The position numbers were made by a program, and so were the translations under genes. DNA of 64,000 nucleotides. Origin: Limnothrix sp. BL-A-16. Lineage in GTDB: Bacteria > Cyanobacteriota > Cyanobacteriia > CACIAM-69d. Where the stretch lies: positions 928,001-992,000 of the forward strand of contig CP166615.1 in NCBI GenBank assembly GCA_041937175.2. The letters are read 5' to 3'. The notes under the pieces were generated by a model. That model made no database searches. It worked only from the letters and a program-made list of their open reading frames with translations, and was not told where the DNA came from. This document shows, in pieces, positions 31,101-43,329 of this stretch; within the stretch, counting starts at the first letter, position 1; every line of letters begins with the position of its first letter.

Positions 31101-31728
31101 TTTGGAGAAGGAATTACTCGGATTTTATATTTCCGATCATCCCCTGAAGGATATTCAAAAACCCTCTCGATTGTTGGCTCCCATGAACCTGTCAGAACTG
31201 GGTGAGCGACCCGATGACAAGGCCACGGTGAGCGCCATTGTGATGTTGAATTCCGTGAAACCGGTGGTGACCAAAAAGGGCGATCGAATGGCCATTGTGC
31301 AAATTGAAGATCTGACGGCTCAGGCGGAGGCGATTGTGTTTCCCCGGGCCTATGAGCGAATTCACCCACTGATTCAGCCTGATCGACAGTTGATGATTTG
31401 GGGCAAGATCGATCGCCGTGATGATCAACCCCAATTCATCATTGAAGATGCGGAACCCATTGATCAAATTCAACTGTTAACGATCGAAATTTCTGCTGAT
31501 TTAGCGGGCAACATTGAACAACAACACCAGTTACGAACCTTGCTGCTGAATTGGGCGGGGGATGATGCCAAAACGCCCGTGATTGCCATTGTGCGCGGAG
31601 AGGACGGCCGCCGTGAATTGGTGCGGTTTGGCCCCCAATTCCGGGTACGCGATCCGGGAGCCGTCACCCACGCGCTTTCCAACGCGGGATTTGCTGCCCG
31701 ATCGATGGCCTTGGTTAGTGCATCCTAG
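28162..31728 (+). CDS. dnaE: DNA polymerase III alpha subunit, full length, no intein
   Basis: PHP domain ([12 protein letters not shown]), [22 protein letters not shown], contiguous [12 protein letters not shown]-terminal OB fold. Confidence 0.97.
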   Translation: MSFVGLHIHSDYSLLDGASQLPALIDRAMELGMPAIALTDHGVMYGAIELLKVCRGKPIRPIIGNEMYVINGSLDDKRKLPKYHQVVLAKNKQGYKNLVKLTTVSNLQGVRGKGIFARPCINKELLETHHDGLIVTSACLGGEIPQAILAGRFDVVERVAQWYKEIFADDFYLELQDHGSQEDRVVNVALVRLARQFDIQLIATNDSHFISCFDVEAHDALLCIQTGKLITENKRLRYSGTEYLKSAEEMAQLFRDHLTDDVIQEAISNTLKVSEKIEDYDILGQPRIPDFPVPPGHTADTYVEEVAWQGLCDRLGLASRQELIDRHPEYTERQTYELNMLQRMGFSAYFLVVWDYIKFARDHNIPVGPGRGSAAGSLVAYSLGITNIDPVHHGLLFERFLNPERKSMPDVDTDFCIEKRDQVIDYVTQKYGTDRVAQIITFNRMTSKAVLKDVARVLDIPYGEADRMAKMIPVSRGKPAKLKVMVSNETPAPEFKEKYDKDEQVPGALPGVTYRRWLDMAMRIEGTNKTFGVHAAGVVISADPLDEIVPLQRNNDGSVITQYYMEDIEAVGLLKMDFLGLKNLTMIQKTIDLIERTSGKTIDIDSVPEDDPNAYKLLASGDLEGIFQLESSGMRQVVRDLKPSNLADISSILALYRPGPLDAGLIPQFINRKHGREAIAYDHEMLEPILNETYGVLVFQEQIMKVAQELGGYTLGEADLLRRAMGKKKKEEMEKHQSIFVDGAARNGIKSKIAESLFEQMVKFAEYCFNKSHSAAYGYVTYQTAYLKANYPVEYMAALLTSNSDDRDKVQMYIASCLRLGIDVEPPDINRSDVDFTPLKDASGKRGKILFGLGAVRNLGLGAIECLLQARSEGGLFQSLADLCDRIDLRSVNRRALEALVQCGALDCLQANRRQSMADLELIIDWAHSRAKDRASGQGNLFDLAMGVESSNHAKTPENVLDLAPKAQPMDDYPKQERLNLEKELLGFYISDHPLKDIQKPSRLLAPMNLSELGERPDDKATVSAIVMLNSVKPVVTKKGDRMAIVQIEDLTAQAEAIVFPRAYERIHPLIQPDRQLMIWGKIDRRDDQPQFIIEDAEPIDQIQLLTIEISADLAGNIEQQHQLRTLLLNWAGDDAKTPVIAIVRGEDGRRELVRFGPQFRVRDPGAVTHALSNAGFAARSMALVSAS

Positions 31729-31743
31729 GGTTGAGAGGGATCT

Positions 31744-32787
31744 ATGATGCGAATTTTGGTGGTGATTCCGCACTTCTTTCGCCCTGATGCTGATGGGAAA
31801 TATGGTTCCGCCAGGCGCGATCCCCGGCCGCGAATTGCTGCCCTCAGCCAGGCAATTCAGGCACTGCATAGCCTTTTCAATGCTCACCAGGTTGCCTTCC
31901 AAGATCAACCCCAACAGGGACTACAAATTCAGCGGGTTAACCAATGGACGAGTTGTGAACTGGATATTCTGCTTTGCACAACGGGCGATCGTCATCTGTT
32001 GGCAAAGTTACCCGTGAGCAGTCATCTTTTTCAACACATTGCCCTGGATTGTCCCGATCGGGAATTGGGATTTTATTGCCAGCGAGTTTTGGGCGATCGA
32101 CTCTCAGAAAATTATGACTATTACTGCTATTTGGAAGATGATTTAACCATTCGCGATCCCTTATTTTTTCTAAAGCAACAATGGTTTCAGTCATTCCTAG
32201 GCGAAAGTGCAATATTACAGCCGCATCGCTTTGAATGGTCGAATCCAGCGCTAAATAACTCCTGCTCAAGCCGTGAAGTCGGTGAAAATCCTGACTCATC
32301 CACTTCAGATTGGGTTAACTCACCCAATTTCGACTCAACCAGTAGCCATCATCCAGGAAGCTATCACAAAGTCTATGTCGATCCAGACTTTGAAAGTAAG
32401 ACCGGACAAAATCCAGGGTTTGCCCACCATTTCACGGAGCAGCGTGTTTTGGTTGGCCAGTTTCTGGGTCAACCGATCCAATTCGATCGGGCTGGAAATC
32501 CCCATGCGGGTTGCTTTTTCCTAACCCGATCACAAATGGCCCTTTGGGCTTCGGCAGTGGATTTTGGGCAACCCAGCAGTCAGTTTATTGGCCCCTTAGA
32601 AAGTGCTGCTTCCTTGCATCTCATGCGCTATTTTCGGGTCTATAAACCGGCTCTGCCATGCGCCAACTTTTTGGAAATTGAGCATTGGGGACAATACAAC
32701 AGCCAAGACTTACTGAGTAATTTACATTTGGTGCAGTTTCAACCCAAAGTGGTTTCCTATGCGGTCGGCAACTTCCCCAATGGATAA
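31744..32787 (+). CDS. Hypothetical protein, possibly GT-A glycosyltransferase-like
   Basis: GAGAGGGA RBS, N-terminal beta strand RILVVIPH, YDYYCYLEDDL acidic motif. Confidence 0.65.
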   Translation: MMRILVVIPHFFRPDADGKYGSARRDPRPRIAALSQAIQALHSLFNAHQVAFQDQPQQGLQIQRVNQWTSCELDILLCTTGDRHLLAKLPVSSHLFQHIALDCPDRELGFYCQRVLGDRLSENYDYYCYLEDDLTIRDPLFFLKQQWFQSFLGESAILQPHRFEWSNPALNNSCSSREVGENPDSSTSDWVNSPNFDSTSSHHPGSYHKVYVDPDFESKTGQNPGFAHHFTEQRVLVGQFLGQPIQFDRAGNPHAGCFFLTRSQMALWASAVDFGQPSSQFIGPLESAASLHLMRYFRVYKPALPCANFLEIEHWGQYNSQDLLSNLHLVQFQPKVVSYAVGNFPNG

Positions 32788-32828
32788 TTCGATGGTTTTC
32801 TCAAAAAGCTTTGCGCTAAACTCTTCGC

Positions 32829-34205
32829 TTACTGAGCCTTAAAACCATCCAGTGCCAATAGGATGAACTGGGTTACCTGGGCTTCTCGAAAATTATTATC
32901 ACTCACCAAAATGATACTTTGGCGACCGTCCGGCAATCGGGGCCCAAGGGTTAGTCCTTCTAGGTTATCGATCGGGATGCCCAGGGTTTTAAAGTCCAGC
33001 AGTAGCTTTTTATAAGCGGGTTTCACATCAGGCAAAGCCCCCCGCAAGTTGGCATAGCTCGATGTGTCTGTGGCGGTTCCTAGTTCCACCTGAAAGAGTT
33101 TGGCCCCAAAGCCTTCTAAGGGGTCAAAGGTACGCTCCAAACTGAGGAAATGACCGCCTTGGTCGAGGGGTGTTAATTCCACCAGACCGTTACTAATGGC
33201 GGTGCTACTGGCCGGATCCATTTCATACAAATGCTCAGAAATAGGAAATGGTGGCCCATCACCCAAACTGAAATGCAAAATGCGCGATCGAGGCGGAATT
33301 GTGGGGCGATCGCCCTCGGTTTTTTCGGGTTTCGGCTCCAAATCTTGAACTAGGTTTTCTTCGGTGGCCGTGAATGCCCGAAACGGCTCCACAGGGGAGG
33401 GATTCGCCCCCACGGGCACAATGCCCAACGCCTCAAAACCCAAATTATCGCGAATTCCTTGGGGCGAACCGTCCGCCGCGTTGCCGGGTAGATAGCGACT
33501 GGGCAAGGGCAGGGGCGATCGCGTGGCCATGCCCGTTTTGCGATCGAACTCGCGAATCATGGGCAAAATGCCCTGTTTCACATCACCTTCGCTGGAAATT
33601 AAAACCGTATTTCGTGGGGTAATTGCTAACCCTTCAGGATCAATTTCTCCTGCTGCAAAAGGCTCACCTGATTCATCTCGTAAAATGGTGACATTCTCAA
33701 CCGTCACGCGATCAATGGTTTGCCCCACTTTGACCGATGAAGGTGCTGAATTTTGATCAGAAACAGAGGCCTTAGCAGGATTAGGATTGTCGGTCGATCG
33801 CCAGGAAATTTTGAGTGTATAAAACCTTGCGGGAGCCAAGTTGGAGCGATCGTCAGAAAGGGCCAGAAATCGATTAGTTTGGCGATCGTATGCCAAGGCC
33901 GAAAGCCCTCCCACGGGCGTGTCCATGATCTGTTGAGCGGGCAACAAATAGGCCCCCAAAAAATCAACGGACAGCGGTAATAGCAACCGAGACTCTGCAC
34001 TAACTTGGGGCAATCCGCAACCGCCCACCATCAGTCCAAAACAGATCAGTAAGGCCAGGCCTCGATGGGCAAAGCGTCCCTTGCCGATCGCTTGCAGTCC
34101 AGAATGCCAAACGAAACCATCGAGCCTGGCGATTTTGGATAGGGATCGGAACCAAGGTTCCCAGAGGTTGCGATCGGGTGGGCTGCTGTGCATGGCGATC
34201 TCCAA
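32829..34205 (-). CDS. Esterase-like activity of phytase family lipoprotein
   Basis: GGLSAL.YD, LSDDRS, DPEGL, NLGFEAL, DNLEG, VSDNNF motifs; VGGC lipobox-like site. Start uncertain. Confidence 0.85.
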   Translation of the reverse strand: MEIAMHSSPPDRNLWEPWFRSLSKIARLDGFVWHSGLQAIGKGRFAHRGLALLICFGLMVGGCGLPQVSAESRLLLPLSVDFLGAYLLPAQQIMDTPVGGLSALAYDRQTNRFLALSDDRSNLAPARFYTLKISWRSTDNPNPAKASVSDQNSAPSSVKVGQTIDRVTVENVTILRDESGEPFAAGEIDPEGLAITPRNTVLISSEGDVKQGILPMIREFDRKTGMATRSPLPLPSRYLPGNAADGSPQGIRDNLGFEALGIVPVGANPSPVEPFRAFTATEENLVQDLEPKPEKTEGDRPTIPPRSRILHFSLGDGPPFPISEHLYEMDPASSTAISNGLVELTPLDQGGHFLSLERTFDPLEGFGAKLFQVELGTATDTSSYANLRGALPDVKPAYKKLLLDFKTLGIPIDNLEGLTLGPRLPDGRQSIILVSDNNFREAQVTQFILLALDGFKAQ

Positions 34206-34398
34206 CGGTCAAGGAAACGGGCTTACTTGGCGGGTAATTTTGTAACTTTGTTGGTTTGGTTTTGAGTTGGTTTGGTTTTGATTTTTTGGCCTTTGAGGAT
34301 CTCTATTTTTGGGTCTTAACTTGGGGGCTTGGTTGCTCTAATTTTTAGCCTAATCCCTCGTGTGCTGGGTCGCCTTTGATAGTTGTTGGAATGGAGCT

Positions 34399-35238
34399 TT
34401 AACCATTGGAAGCTTCGTGACCCACGCTCACCACATCAGGCAGCGATCGACGAAGTTTATAAAGCCAAAACAATCCCAAACCGCCCAAAACAACCCCGGT
34501 TAAACTCACCATCTGAGCCATGCGCAGGGGGCCAAACATCAAGCTATCGGTTCGTAAACCTTCAATCCAAACGCGACCTAAACTATAGGTCACAGCATAA
34601 ACACAACCGATCGTCCCGGGCCGTAAATTGGGCCACCGCAAAAAGAGGGTCATTAATAACCCAAAAACTCCCAAATTCCAGAGCGATTCATAGAGAAATG
34701 TGGGATGGAAAAACTCAAATCCTTCATAGCCTAAGGGGCGACGATCGGGGGGAATATAGAGTTTCCAGGGCAAATCTGTTGGCCGCCCAAAGGCTTCGGA
34801 GTTAAAGAAATTGCCCCACCGTCCGATCGCCTGGCCCAAAATCAACGAAGGCGTAATGACATCTACCAACTGCCAAAAGGGAATTTTGTTGAGGCGGGAA
34901 AACAGCAACAATGCCGCCAGTCCACCCAAAATCGCACCATGAATTGCAATGCCGCCTTCCCAAATGGCGATAATCCGCTCCGGATGGGCTGCGTAGGCTG
35001 ACCAATTAAACAGCACGTAATAGATCCGAGCGGCTGGTAAGGCAGCTAACACCAACCAAATGGAGACATCGGCAACCAAATCGCGATCGATTCGACGCTT
35101 GGTTGCCAGCCATTGAGATAGACTCACGCCCGTCATCAGGGCGATCGCAATTAAGAGTCCATACCAGCGAATGATGAGGGGGCCAAACTTCAGAAAAACG
35201 GGCCCTGGTGAAGTGAATTGCAAGGCAAGTGGCAGCAC
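34399..35238 (-). CDS. lgt: Prolipoprotein diacylglyceryl transferase
   Basis: [44 protein letters not shown] 35238 inferred as start. Confidence 0.95.
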   Translation of the reverse strand: MLPLALQFTSPGPVFLKFGPLIIRWYGLLIAIALMTGVSLSQWLATKRRIDRDLVADVSIWLVLAALPAARIYYVLFNWSAYAAHPERIIAIWEGGIAIHGAILGGLAALLLFSRLNKIPFWQLVDVITPSLILGQAIGRWGNFFNSEAFGRPTDLPWKLYIPPDRRPLGYEGFEFFHPTFLYESLWNLGVFGLLMTLFLRWPNLRPGTIGCVYAVTYSLGRVWIEGLRTDSLMFGPLRMAQMVSLTGVVLGGLGLFWLYKLRRSLPDVVSVGHEASNG

Positions 35239-35372
35239 AGTAGCTCTCTCAAACGCAACAGCAACGACAGGATCAAAACTTCTTCCAAACCGCTTCCAAG
35301 ACGCTTCCAATCAAAAGGAAGAATGCAAAAAAATAAGCAAAAATAGCCAAAAAGCTAATGAATCAGCTCTGA

Positions 35373-36401
35373 TTACAACAGCCCTAGAATTTCGCCATTA
35401 CCGGCCACCACTTCACCTAATTGCCAAGCAGCAATTCCCCATTGATTGAACTGCGTCAAGGCCGCCGCAGCTTCAGCAGCAGGCACCAAAACCACGAAGC
35501 CCACGCCCATATTAAAGGTATCGAACATGGCCGCGGTTGGCACCTCACCCGTTTGGGCCAACCACTGGAACAGGGGGGGAATTTGCCAACTGCTGCGATC
35601 GACCGCTACGGATTGGTTCGGGCCCAAGGTGCGCGGCAAGTTCTCCGGCAGCCCGCCACCGGTAATGTGGGCCATGCCATGGATCGATAGGTCAGACTTC
35701 AGCAAATTCAGAATGGGCTGAACATAGATTTGGGTGGGCGTGAGCACCAGCTCGCCTAAGGTGCGATCGCCCGTCAGCCCTGCCACCCGATCGCCCCAAG
35801 TCAGACCTGCCTGTTCAACCACCTTGCGCACCAGGCTAAACCCATTGCTGTGCAGTCCCGAGCTGGGCAGGGCGATCGCCACATCACCCACCTGTACCTG
35901 AGCACCGGTTAGGAGGCGGTTGCGCTCGGCAATCCCCACGCAAAAGCCCGCCAAATCATATTTTCCTTCGCTATAAAATCCCGGCATTTCGGCCGTTTCG
36001 CCGCCCAACAGGGCGCAACCCGCCTGCTCACAGCCGATCGCAATGCCTTCCACCACATCGGCCATAGCCTCCGGGCGCAGCTTGCCCGTGGCGATGTAGT
36101 CCAAGAAAAAGAGGGGTTCGGCTCCAGAGGTCAGCACATCGTTGACGCACATGGCCACCAAATCAATGCCCACGGTGTTGTGTTGGCCGGTTTTTTGGGC
36201 AATTTCCAGCTTCGTACCCACGCCATCGGTTCCGGAAACCAACACCGGCTCCTGGTAGCCCTTGGGCAGCGCAAAACAACCGCCAAAGCCGCCCAGTCCC
36301 CCAAGCACCTCAGGACGGAAGGTGCGTTGCACGCGATCGCGAATGCGATCGACAAAGGCGCGACCCGCTTCAATATCGACCCCTGCTTCCCGATAGTCCA
36401 C
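35373..36401 (-). CDS. purM: Phosphoribosylformylglycinamidine cyclo-ligase
   Basis: [43 protein letters not shown]. Confidence 0.97.
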   Translation of the reverse strand: MDYREAGVDIEAGRAFVDRIRDRVQRTFRPEVLGGLGGFGGCFALPKGYQEPVLVSGTDGVGTKLEIAQKTGQHNTVGIDLVAMCVNDVLTSGAEPLFFLDYIATGKLRPEAMADVVEGIAIGCEQAGCALLGGETAEMPGFYSEGKYDLAGFCVGIAERNRLLTGAQVQVGDVAIALPSSGLHSNGFSLVRKVVEQAGLTWGDRVAGLTGDRTLGELVLTPTQIYVQPILNLLKSDLSIHGMAHITGGGLPENLPRTLGPNQSVAVDRSSWQIPPLFQWLAQTGEVPTAAMFDTFNMGVGFVVLVPAAEAAAALTQFNQWGIAAWQLGEVVAGNGEILGLL

Positions 36402-37435
36402 GGTTGCTGTTCCTCTCGAAGTCGCCCGCCGCTCCTGAGGGAGGATTCCCTTGAGAGGAGAATTCCCTTGGGAAATACATCGTTGGGGGCGGAGCGCTGA
36501 ACGGCATGGATTTTAGCATCCAGGTTGCAGCAAGCACTATGAACCTTCAGCTTCCCAAGCGTTTAGCCCAGCCTTCAGCCAGTTGTGATTCTGTCCTGTG
36601 GGCATTCCCAAAGAAGCGAATTTGGGGTCGAGAAATCTTAAATTTTTATTAAGACGGTAATCGAACCCAAGGGGCTGAGATCCTTTGTTTTCCATGGCAG
36701 TCGAGCAGGGAGCGATCCCCACCGATGCCAGACCCAGAGCGCCGCCACCAGGGATCAGGCAGTCTGCTGCGGTTGGCTGTGGTAACCTACGTCAATCTTG
36801 CGGTCAAAACTTTGCGGTTCTTAATAAAACCCTTGGTGGCGACTGCCGGAGAGTGCGAAGCGGTTGGAACTCTTGCCGATTCAGCTATCCACCCATTGAT
36901 TGCGATCGCCACGGCCAATCGCTTTCTGTCCACTGTGTTCTCGCCCTGTGCAGCGTTGGTTCCCAGCTTTAGTTCCTTGAAACTATTGCTAACTGGGTTC
37001 CGGCATTGGATAGCCTCCGAGTTCACTAAAGCCGCCATCTTCACTGTGTCAAATGTTGCGCGGGAGATGGGACGGGCGCTTGGTTGCTCCGGAACTGCTG
37101 TGTTGATGCTCTGCTAGGGTGCATGACCAACCGACAGACCTCCTAGGTTCCCGGTTTTGCAATATCGAGTTCGATCGCCCCTGACTAACCTCCATGAACT
37201 CCCCCTGAGTTCTCCGGCGATTAACTGATACTCCAAAACCCGTTGATGCTCCGGTGCATTTTGCACCAACGTCTTTAACTTTCCCGATCGCCCCTTGGTG
37301 GTCTCTTGTCAGTTAACTCCAACTAGCTACCCACTTCGTTTCCCTTCGACCATTGCATGTTCGTGAGCATCGGACAGTCAGAGCCTGATCACTGAACCTA
37401 GCTTGAGGCGCGCGTGACGTTTACCCCACCACGCC

Positions 37436-38491
37436 ATGAATTATTCCATTCAAAAACTGACGTTGTTGGCTGCCTCGGTGGCCGCCGTCGCCTTCGGTGC
37501 TGAAGCTCCCGCCCTTGGGGAAGAAATTCAACCCATTTCGGCTCAAGCTCAGTCCACCCCCTCAGTCATCTTGGCAGCGGAGTTAACCGCTCCCACCCTG
37601 GCTCTCCAGCCAGCCGCTGAAATGACTGGCGCGCGCATCAGCGCCGCTGCCGCGATTCCACAGCCCACCGCGATCGGGTCGCAACTGTACGGAATCACCA
37701 AGGTTCATGCCCACCAACTGGGTAACCGACCGGCAGTGACGCTCTATGTTCGAAATATCCCCGTGGTGACTTTCCTGGCCAACGACGAAGCCAGCACCAC
37801 CAACGCCCTGGAACGGGCCACCACCACCGCTCGCGAAATTGACCAACGCCACGCCAACGGTGTGGATGCCCAGGCCATTCGTTACGAGTGGAGCAACCGC
37901 GAAAATCGCTATTGGGTGACGATGGGCGGTCAGCCGCTGGTTGCGATCGACCAAACCACCCTTGCGCCCCAACCCACTGCCAGCTACTCAGCCGATGCAG
38001 TGCAGGTTGTTAACCGCCTCCGCCGCCAGTTGGGCAATGCTCAACCCTTGGCCTACAACGGCCAGTTGCGGATGCGGGCTGCCTCGAACCAGTCGGGCGG
38101 CAATTCCTTGGACACCCCCAACGCCAATAGCTTGCAACATAACGGGGTGCTTTACGCGGTGCGATCGAGCCAAACAGGCCAGGCTTCCTGGTATGGGCCC
38201 GGCTTCCACGGCAACCGCACGGCCAACGGCGAGCGTTTTAACCAGAACGCCCTCACCGCTGCCCACCGAACCCTGCCTTTTGGCACGCTGGTGCGGGTCA
38301 CGAACCTGCGCAATGGTCGATCGGTGATTGTGCGGATTAACGATCGCGGGCCTTTCACCCGTGGCCGCATTGTTGACCTGTCGGTGGCTGCTGCTCGCGA
38401 AATCGACATGTACAGCTCCGGGGTGGCTTCCGTCCGTTTGGAAGTTCTGCAAGCTCTCCCGGGTGATGTGGCATCGGTTCCTAACCGGTAG
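37436..38491 (+). CDS. rlpA: Septal ring lytic transglycosylase RlpA family protein
   Basis: Signal peptide; [40 protein letters not shown]. Confidence 0.93.
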   Translation: MNYSIQKLTLLAASVAAVAFGAEAPALGEEIQPISAQAQSTPSVILAAELTAPTLALQPAAEMTGARISAAAAIPQPTAIGSQLYGITKVHAHQLGNRPAVTLYVRNIPVVTFLANDEASTTNALERATTTAREIDQRHANGVDAQAIRYEWSNRENRYWVTMGGQPLVAIDQTTLAPQPTASYSADAVQVVNRLRRQLGNAQPLAYNGQLRMRAASNQSGGNSLDTPNANSLQHNGVLYAVRSSQTGQASWYGPGFHGNRTANGERFNQNALTAAHRTLPFGTLVRVTNLRNGRSVIVRINDRGPFTRGRIVDLSVAAAREIDMYSSGVASVRLEVLQALPGDVASVPNR

Positions 38492-38560
38492 AACTTTCCC
38501 GTAAAGCTTTCCCGTAAAGCTTGCTCGTAAAACTTTAATTTTCGGTTTTCCGAATCATAG

Positions 38561-38592
38561 GGGGCTAGTTCTTGAAGGATTAGCCCCTTTTT
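38561..38592 (+). terminator. Intrinsic terminator after rlpA
   Basis: Stem GGGGCTAGTTCT / AGGATTAGCCCC (with G-U pairs) followed by TTTTT, between convergent rlpA and nadA. Confidence 0.75.
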
Positions 38593-38634
38593 GCATGATT
38601 GGTTTCGGTAGAAATCAGTAGAAATCAACAGAAA

Positions 38635-39591
38635 CTAACTCATCGCCAACATTCGTTGAATGGGCTTGAGGGCGGCCGATCGCACTGACTCATCCATCGT
38701 GATTTCAGGCGATCGCGTCTTCATGCAGAAATAGAGCTTTTCTAAAGTATTCAGCCGCATGTGCGGGCATTCATTACAAGCACAATTGCCCTCGGGTGGC
38801 GCGGGAATGAATTGCTTTCGGGGTTCTGCCTTTTGCATTTGGTGCAAAATTCCCGGCTCCGTTGCCACAATAAACGCCGCCCGATCGCTCCGTTGCACAT
38901 AGTTGAGCAAGGCCGTGGTGGAACCGATGAAACTGGCATGACGCAGCAGGGGCGGTTCGCATTCGGGATGGGCAATGACTTCCGCCTCAGGATGTTGAAC
39001 CTGAAGTTGCACCAATTTCTGTTCTGAAAAGGTTTCATGAACAATGCAACTACCATCCCAAAGCACCATCTCTCGACCCGTTTGTTGCATTACGTAACGG
39101 CCCAAGTTGCGATCGGGCGCAAAGATAATCGGTTGCTCCGGGGGAATTTGTTGCACAATTTTGACCGCGTTGGAACTGGTGCAAATAATGTCACTCAGGG
39201 CCTTAATTTCAGCGGTGCAATTGATGTAACTAATCACCAAATGATCGGGATATCGCGCCTTAAAAGCAGCAAATTCACGCGCCGGGCAACTGTCCGCCAA
39301 AGAACAGCCCGCTTCTAAATCCGGTAACAACACTTGCTTGTGGGGGTTCAGAATTTTGGCCGTTTCTGCCATGAAATGAACTCCCGCAAACACGATCACA
39401 TCCGCATCGGTCTGGGCTGCCTGCTGGGAGAGTCCCAAAGAATCGCCAATATAGTCGGCAATATCTTGAATTTCCGATTCTTGGTAATAGTGGGCCAAAA
39501 TGACGGCGTTGAGTTCGCGCTTGAGGTCGCGAATGGCAGCAAAGAGATCGTGAGGAATGGCGGTGGGGCGATCGAGCGCGGCTGCAAACAC
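38635..39591 (-). CDS. nadA: Quinolinate synthase
   Basis: [41 protein letters not shown] start inferred. Confidence 0.95.
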   Translation of the reverse strand: MFAAALDRPTAIPHDLFAAIRDLKRELNAVILAHYYQESEIQDIADYIGDSLGLSQQAAQTDADVIVFAGVHFMAETAKILNPHKQVLLPDLEAGCSLADSCPAREFAAFKARYPDHLVISYINCTAEIKALSDIICTSSNAVKIVQQIPPEQPIIFAPDRNLGRYVMQQTGREMVLWDGSCIVHETFSEQKLVQLQVQHPEAEVIAHPECEPPLLRHASFIGSTTALLNYVQRSDRAAFIVATEPGILHQMQKAEPRKQFIPAPPEGNCACNECPHMRLNTLEKLYFCMKTRSPEITMDESVRSAALKPIQRMLAMS

Positions 39592-39948
39592 GGCAGTATG
39601 AGGATAAGCGGGTGAAGTATGGCAATTATAGTACTTTTTACCAAAATAAACATCCACACCCGTTGCCCTGCGATTGCGCCTCGAGCGCGCTCGAACTGCA
39701 CCCTGGCCTCGATTCGCCGCTGTCCCCAACGATCAGCACTTCAGCAAGCAACACTTCAGCAAGCAACGATCGCTCCTCAACCCAAACAAAATCGGGAGCC
39801 GGCCAATGCCCACTCCCGATCAAACCATCAGATTGATCTGGCGAACTAAGTTGATTCCATCAATCACCGCTTGGGCGAATGCCTCACCTCAATTCAGCCA
39901 TCTCAATAACCCGGTTAATCCTAATCAGCCGGGTTAAAGGATCATGCT

Positions 39949-41238
39949 TTAAATAACCATACCGTCGGGAATGGTGGCGTTCTTGAGCACCACCACAATT
40001 CCGCTGCGAATCACAAAGCCCAATTCCTCGCGGTTTGCCTCTTGCACATTGTCCTTGTTGACGATCGCCACCTTTTGGCCAATGCGAGCGTTCTTGTCAA
40101 CAATGGCGCGGCGGATTGTGGAATCTGGCCCAATCCCGATCGGTACATAGCCCCGCTCAATGCAGTCCATCCGCTCGGGGAACGGTTGATAGTAATCCGC
40201 TCCCATCAGTAGGGCGTTGTCAATCACAGAGCCAGATTCAACTCGGGAGCGCACCCCCAACACGGAATGTTCGATCGTGCAGTTTTTGAGGATGCAACCC
40301 TCACTCACGATCGAATCGGTGACCTGGGCGTTCAAAATTTTGGTGGGGGGCAAATGGCGCGATCGGGTGTAGATCGGCGCATGTTCATCGTAAAAACTAA
40401 AGGGTGGCTGCGGTTGCTTGGTCAGCGCTAAATTTGCATCAAAGAAGGCTTCGATCGTTCCAATATCTTCCCAATAACCGTCAAATAAATAGGCTTGAAC
40501 GTTGTAATTGGGAGCCGCCTGCGGAATGATTTCTTTCCCAAAATCCGTGCGATCGACGGACTCATTCAACAGGTCAATCAAAACTTCTTTCTTAAAGACG
40601 TAAATGCCCATGGAGGCGATATAAGGCATCTCCTGGGCGCGGTCAGCCGGCAAACCCAAAACGGTGGTATCCACCGCCATGGCCTTGAGGGCATCCCCCT
40701 TCGGTTTTTCGCTAAAGCTTGTTACCCGGCCGTTGCCGTCAATTTTCATCAGGCCAAAATCCGAGGCCCGCTTCTCATCGATGGGGATCACCGATAACGT
40801 GATGTCGGCATTGGTGGCGCGGTGATGCTCCACAAATTTTCGATAATCCATCCGATAGAGATGGTCACCGGACAAGATGACGTATTCATCCACGTCCCAG
40901 TCGGCAAAAATCCACAGATATTTTCGCACCGCATCGGCAGTGCCTTGGAACCAATTGGGACTATCGGGGGTTTGTTGGGCAGCCAAAACCTCCACAAAAC
41001 CATCGGTGAACCCGGACATGGCATAGGCCCGGGACAAGTGACGGTTCAACGAGGCAGAGTTGAACTGGGTGAGGACGTAGATTTTAAGAATTTCGGAATT
41101 GATGCAGTTACTAACCGGAATATCGATCAACCGATATTTGCCCGCCAGGGGGACTGCCGGTTTTGCCCGTAATTTGGTCAGCGGATACAGGCGGGTTCCT
41201 GCTCCGCCGCCTAGGATGATGCCTAAAACTCTTTTCAC
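39949..41238 (-). CDS. glgC: Glucose-1-phosphate adenylyltransferase
   Basis: [46 protein letters not shown] 41238 gives 429 aa. Confidence 0.97.
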   Translation of the reverse strand: MKRVLGIILGGGAGTRLYPLTKLRAKPAVPLAGKYRLIDIPVSNCINSEILKIYVLTQFNSASLNRHLSRAYAMSGFTDGFVEVLAAQQTPDSPNWFQGTADAVRKYLWIFADWDVDEYVILSGDHLYRMDYRKFVEHHRATNADITLSVIPIDEKRASDFGLMKIDGNGRVTSFSEKPKGDALKAMAVDTTVLGLPADRAQEMPYIASMGIYVFKKEVLIDLLNESVDRTDFGKEIIPQAAPNYNVQAYLFDGYWEDIGTIEAFFDANLALTKQPQPPFSFYDEHAPIYTRSRHLPPTKILNAQVTDSIVSEGCILKNCTIEHSVLGVRSRVESGSVIDNALLMGADYYQPFPERMDCIERGYVPIGIGPDSTIRRAIVDKNARIGQKVAIVNKDNVQEANREELGFVIRSGIVVVLKNATIPDGMVI

Positions 41239-41507
41239 AAGACGACCTCTAGCGCTGCCAATCCACTTCCACGTCCAGTGTCCGTTGCTCGGTGGCAATT
41301 GACAAGGGGTTGACAGTAAAGCCATTTCAGCCCGATCGCTCCCGGGCCGATCGAACGGGAATTCACGATCCCAAGCAGATTCTGAAGTCCAGAAAAACCG
41401 TAGCGAGGGTTACTGTTAAAATTTGTTGCGATATATTGAAATTGTGACAATCGTGTTAACCACGCAACAGTTCTCTTGGGCCAATCCCCCGAGGTGGAGG
41501 CTGAACC

Positions 41508-42389
41508 ATGAGTATCCAGACCGGCAACCCTAGTTCCTTGCGCAGTTCCCCCACACCAGCCCGCCCCCGCCCGATCGCGCCTGGCTCCGGGCGATCGGAA
41601 TTTGATGCGGCCACTTTCCTGAAGGCCCGAGCCGCCACAGATGATCGGGACGTGTATGTGGAATGGACTGGCTCCATCTACGCCATGTTGCCCGACCAAA
41701 CCCAATGCCACCTGTTTGACATCGTGGGCATGAATGTGGCCCGGGGTGTGAACAACGGGGATGGTAGTTGGAGCCTGGTGTCCCGGGAGCTAACTTACTA
41801 CTTAGATCCCAACACCGGGGCCGTGCTCCACAGTTGGGACAATCCCTGGACGGGGGAATCCGTGCCCGTGGTGCATGTGGCCAATGACCCGGTGCAAAGT
41901 CGCCTCACGGGCACGTTCGGAGCAACCCTGGCGGGCGATGCGGTGATTTTTACCTGTGATGTGTTTCCGGCCTATCCCAACCCCCTGGGCAATGACCCGC
42001 GCTTTCAGGACTACAGCCCCAGCCCCCACTACAGCGCCGCTGAGTTTTTCAAGCTGACCGTCCCTCTTTCGGAGCTAACCAATCCGGAGTTGGCGGCCGT
42101 TGACACCATGACCGTTGCTTGGCATCGGATTGGCCCTTGGTTGCCTTGGATGAAAATGGGCGATCGCTCCGGGCAGTTGGTCTATAGCGCCTGTGGTCAG
42201 CGCGTTGCGGGCTTCGATGCCTTGCCGCCTCTGCTGCAAACGGAAATCCGCGATCGCCTCCCGAAATATCGCCACGCTCCTGATCACCACAGCACCCAGA
42301 AAAACATGACCTCTTGGCGCTACTTCAAAGAGCACTTTGAGGCCTATCTGCGGGGTGAAATGTTCCCGCTGCCAGAACTAGCGGTTTAG
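41508..42389 (+). CDS. Conserved hypothetical protein (DUF1838-like)
   Basis: GGAGG RBS; LF...GMNV.R, SREL.YYLDP, WDNPWTGE.VPVVHVANDPV, W.R..PWLPWMKMG, N.TSW.YF. Confidence 0.75.
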   Translation: MSIQTGNPSSLRSSPTPARPRPIAPGSGRSEFDAATFLKARAATDDRDVYVEWTGSIYAMLPDQTQCHLFDIVGMNVARGVNNGDGSWSLVSRELTYYLDPNTGAVLHSWDNPWTGESVPVVHVANDPVQSRLTGTFGATLAGDAVIFTCDVFPAYPNPLGNDPRFQDYSPSPHYSAAEFFKLTVPLSELTNPELAAVDTMTVAWHRIGPWLPWMKMGDRSGQLVYSACGQRVAGFDALPPLLQTEIRDRLPKYRHAPDHHSTQKNMTSWRYFKEHFEAYLRGEMFPLPELAV

Positions 42390-42469
42390 TCGTCGCCCGT
42401 CTAGCCATCCCCACCGCATCAATTCTGGGTAACCCCAGTTTGGGGCCCCAACTCAGCGGGCTAGCGGGC

Positions 42470-42781
42470 CTAGGGGGCCTTTTTGGTGGCTTTCAGTTGA
42501 CTGATGGCCCGTTGGAACCCAAGCACCAAGGTCAAATTCGCCAAGGTCAAGAAAACCTCCGCGCTGCCATGGAGCCAGTCCACATCGGCGAGACTTTGGT
42601 TGTAATGCACCTGGGCGTAGATACCGGCGGGAATGGTAATCGCCACAAATAAAAGGGTGAGGTAAAACCCAATCAGACCCAGCTTGGGCGCTTGACCCGA
42701 TCGCGTCAAGAACCACAAAAACCCCAAATAGGGGAACAGAGACAGACCAAACAGGGTTTCTTTGGACAAAAAAGACATCAT
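42470..42781 (-). CDS. Small membrane protein (DUF3593-like)
   Basis: LFGLSLFPYLGFLWFL, FVAITIPAGI, LADVDWLHGSAE.FLTLAN. Confidence 0.8.
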   Translation of the reverse strand: MMSFLSKETLFGLSLFPYLGFLWFLTRSGQAPKLGLIGFYLTLLFVAITIPAGIYAQVHYNQSLADVDWLHGSAEVFLTLANLTLVLGFQRAISQLKATKKAP

Positions 42782-42793
42782 TGATTTCCGTCA

Positions 42794-43249
42794 CTAATCC
42801 TCAGCGGCTTCGGCGGCTTCCTCATCTTCCGGGGAAGACGTTTTGAGGGCCGCTTCCAGGGCCTGGAGCTGATCGCGGCGAATTTCTAACTCTAACGATC
42901 GCCGCGATAGCTCTTGATTTTGCAGGGTCAGAGACTGTTTCCACTGCTCTAGGCGGTTGGCCTCGTGGGCCAACTCCTCGGGCGTGACTCCCAGGCTCAA
43001 GTAGGTTTTAATCAGCTCCAAAATCCAGTCGGTTGCATCTTGGCAGTCGGTCACCAACTGGGCATTGTCCACCTCAATCAATACCAACTGCTGGGGATGA
43101 CATTGGGCCTGTTGCGGCAAGGGCAGGGTCTGGCGTTGGCGCTCTCGGGTAATTTGCCATCCCCGATCGACGGACTGCACCGCCAGCGGCATCAGGGCCA
43201 GGGAGTGATCCGTTTCCTGCTGTTGCACTTGGGCTAAATAAAGCACCAT
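42794..43249 (-). CDS. Conserved cyanobacterial coiled-coil protein resembling the HmpF N-terminus
   Basis: LYLAQV start, LVLIE, EQWKQSLTLQNQELSRR..E.E.R; GGAGGGG RBS. Confidence 0.7.
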   Translation of the reverse strand: MVLYLAQVQQQETDHSLALMPLAVQSVDRGWQITRERQRQTLPLPQQAQCHPQQLVLIEVDNAQLVTDCQDATDWILELIKTYLSLGVTPEELAHEANRLEQWKQSLTLQNQELSRRSLELEIRRDQLQALEAALKTSSPEDEEAAEAAED

Positions 43250-43329
43250 TTCCCCTCCGGCGAGGCCATACGCTGATTTTAAGTTTCTTAAACTCAGGAA
43301 ATTGCCTGAATTCAGGATTCCTGGGGCAA

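Noticed and set aside
36725..37117. 130-aa ORF upstream of rlpA
   Set aside because: No RBS or recognisable motif; not supportable as a gene.
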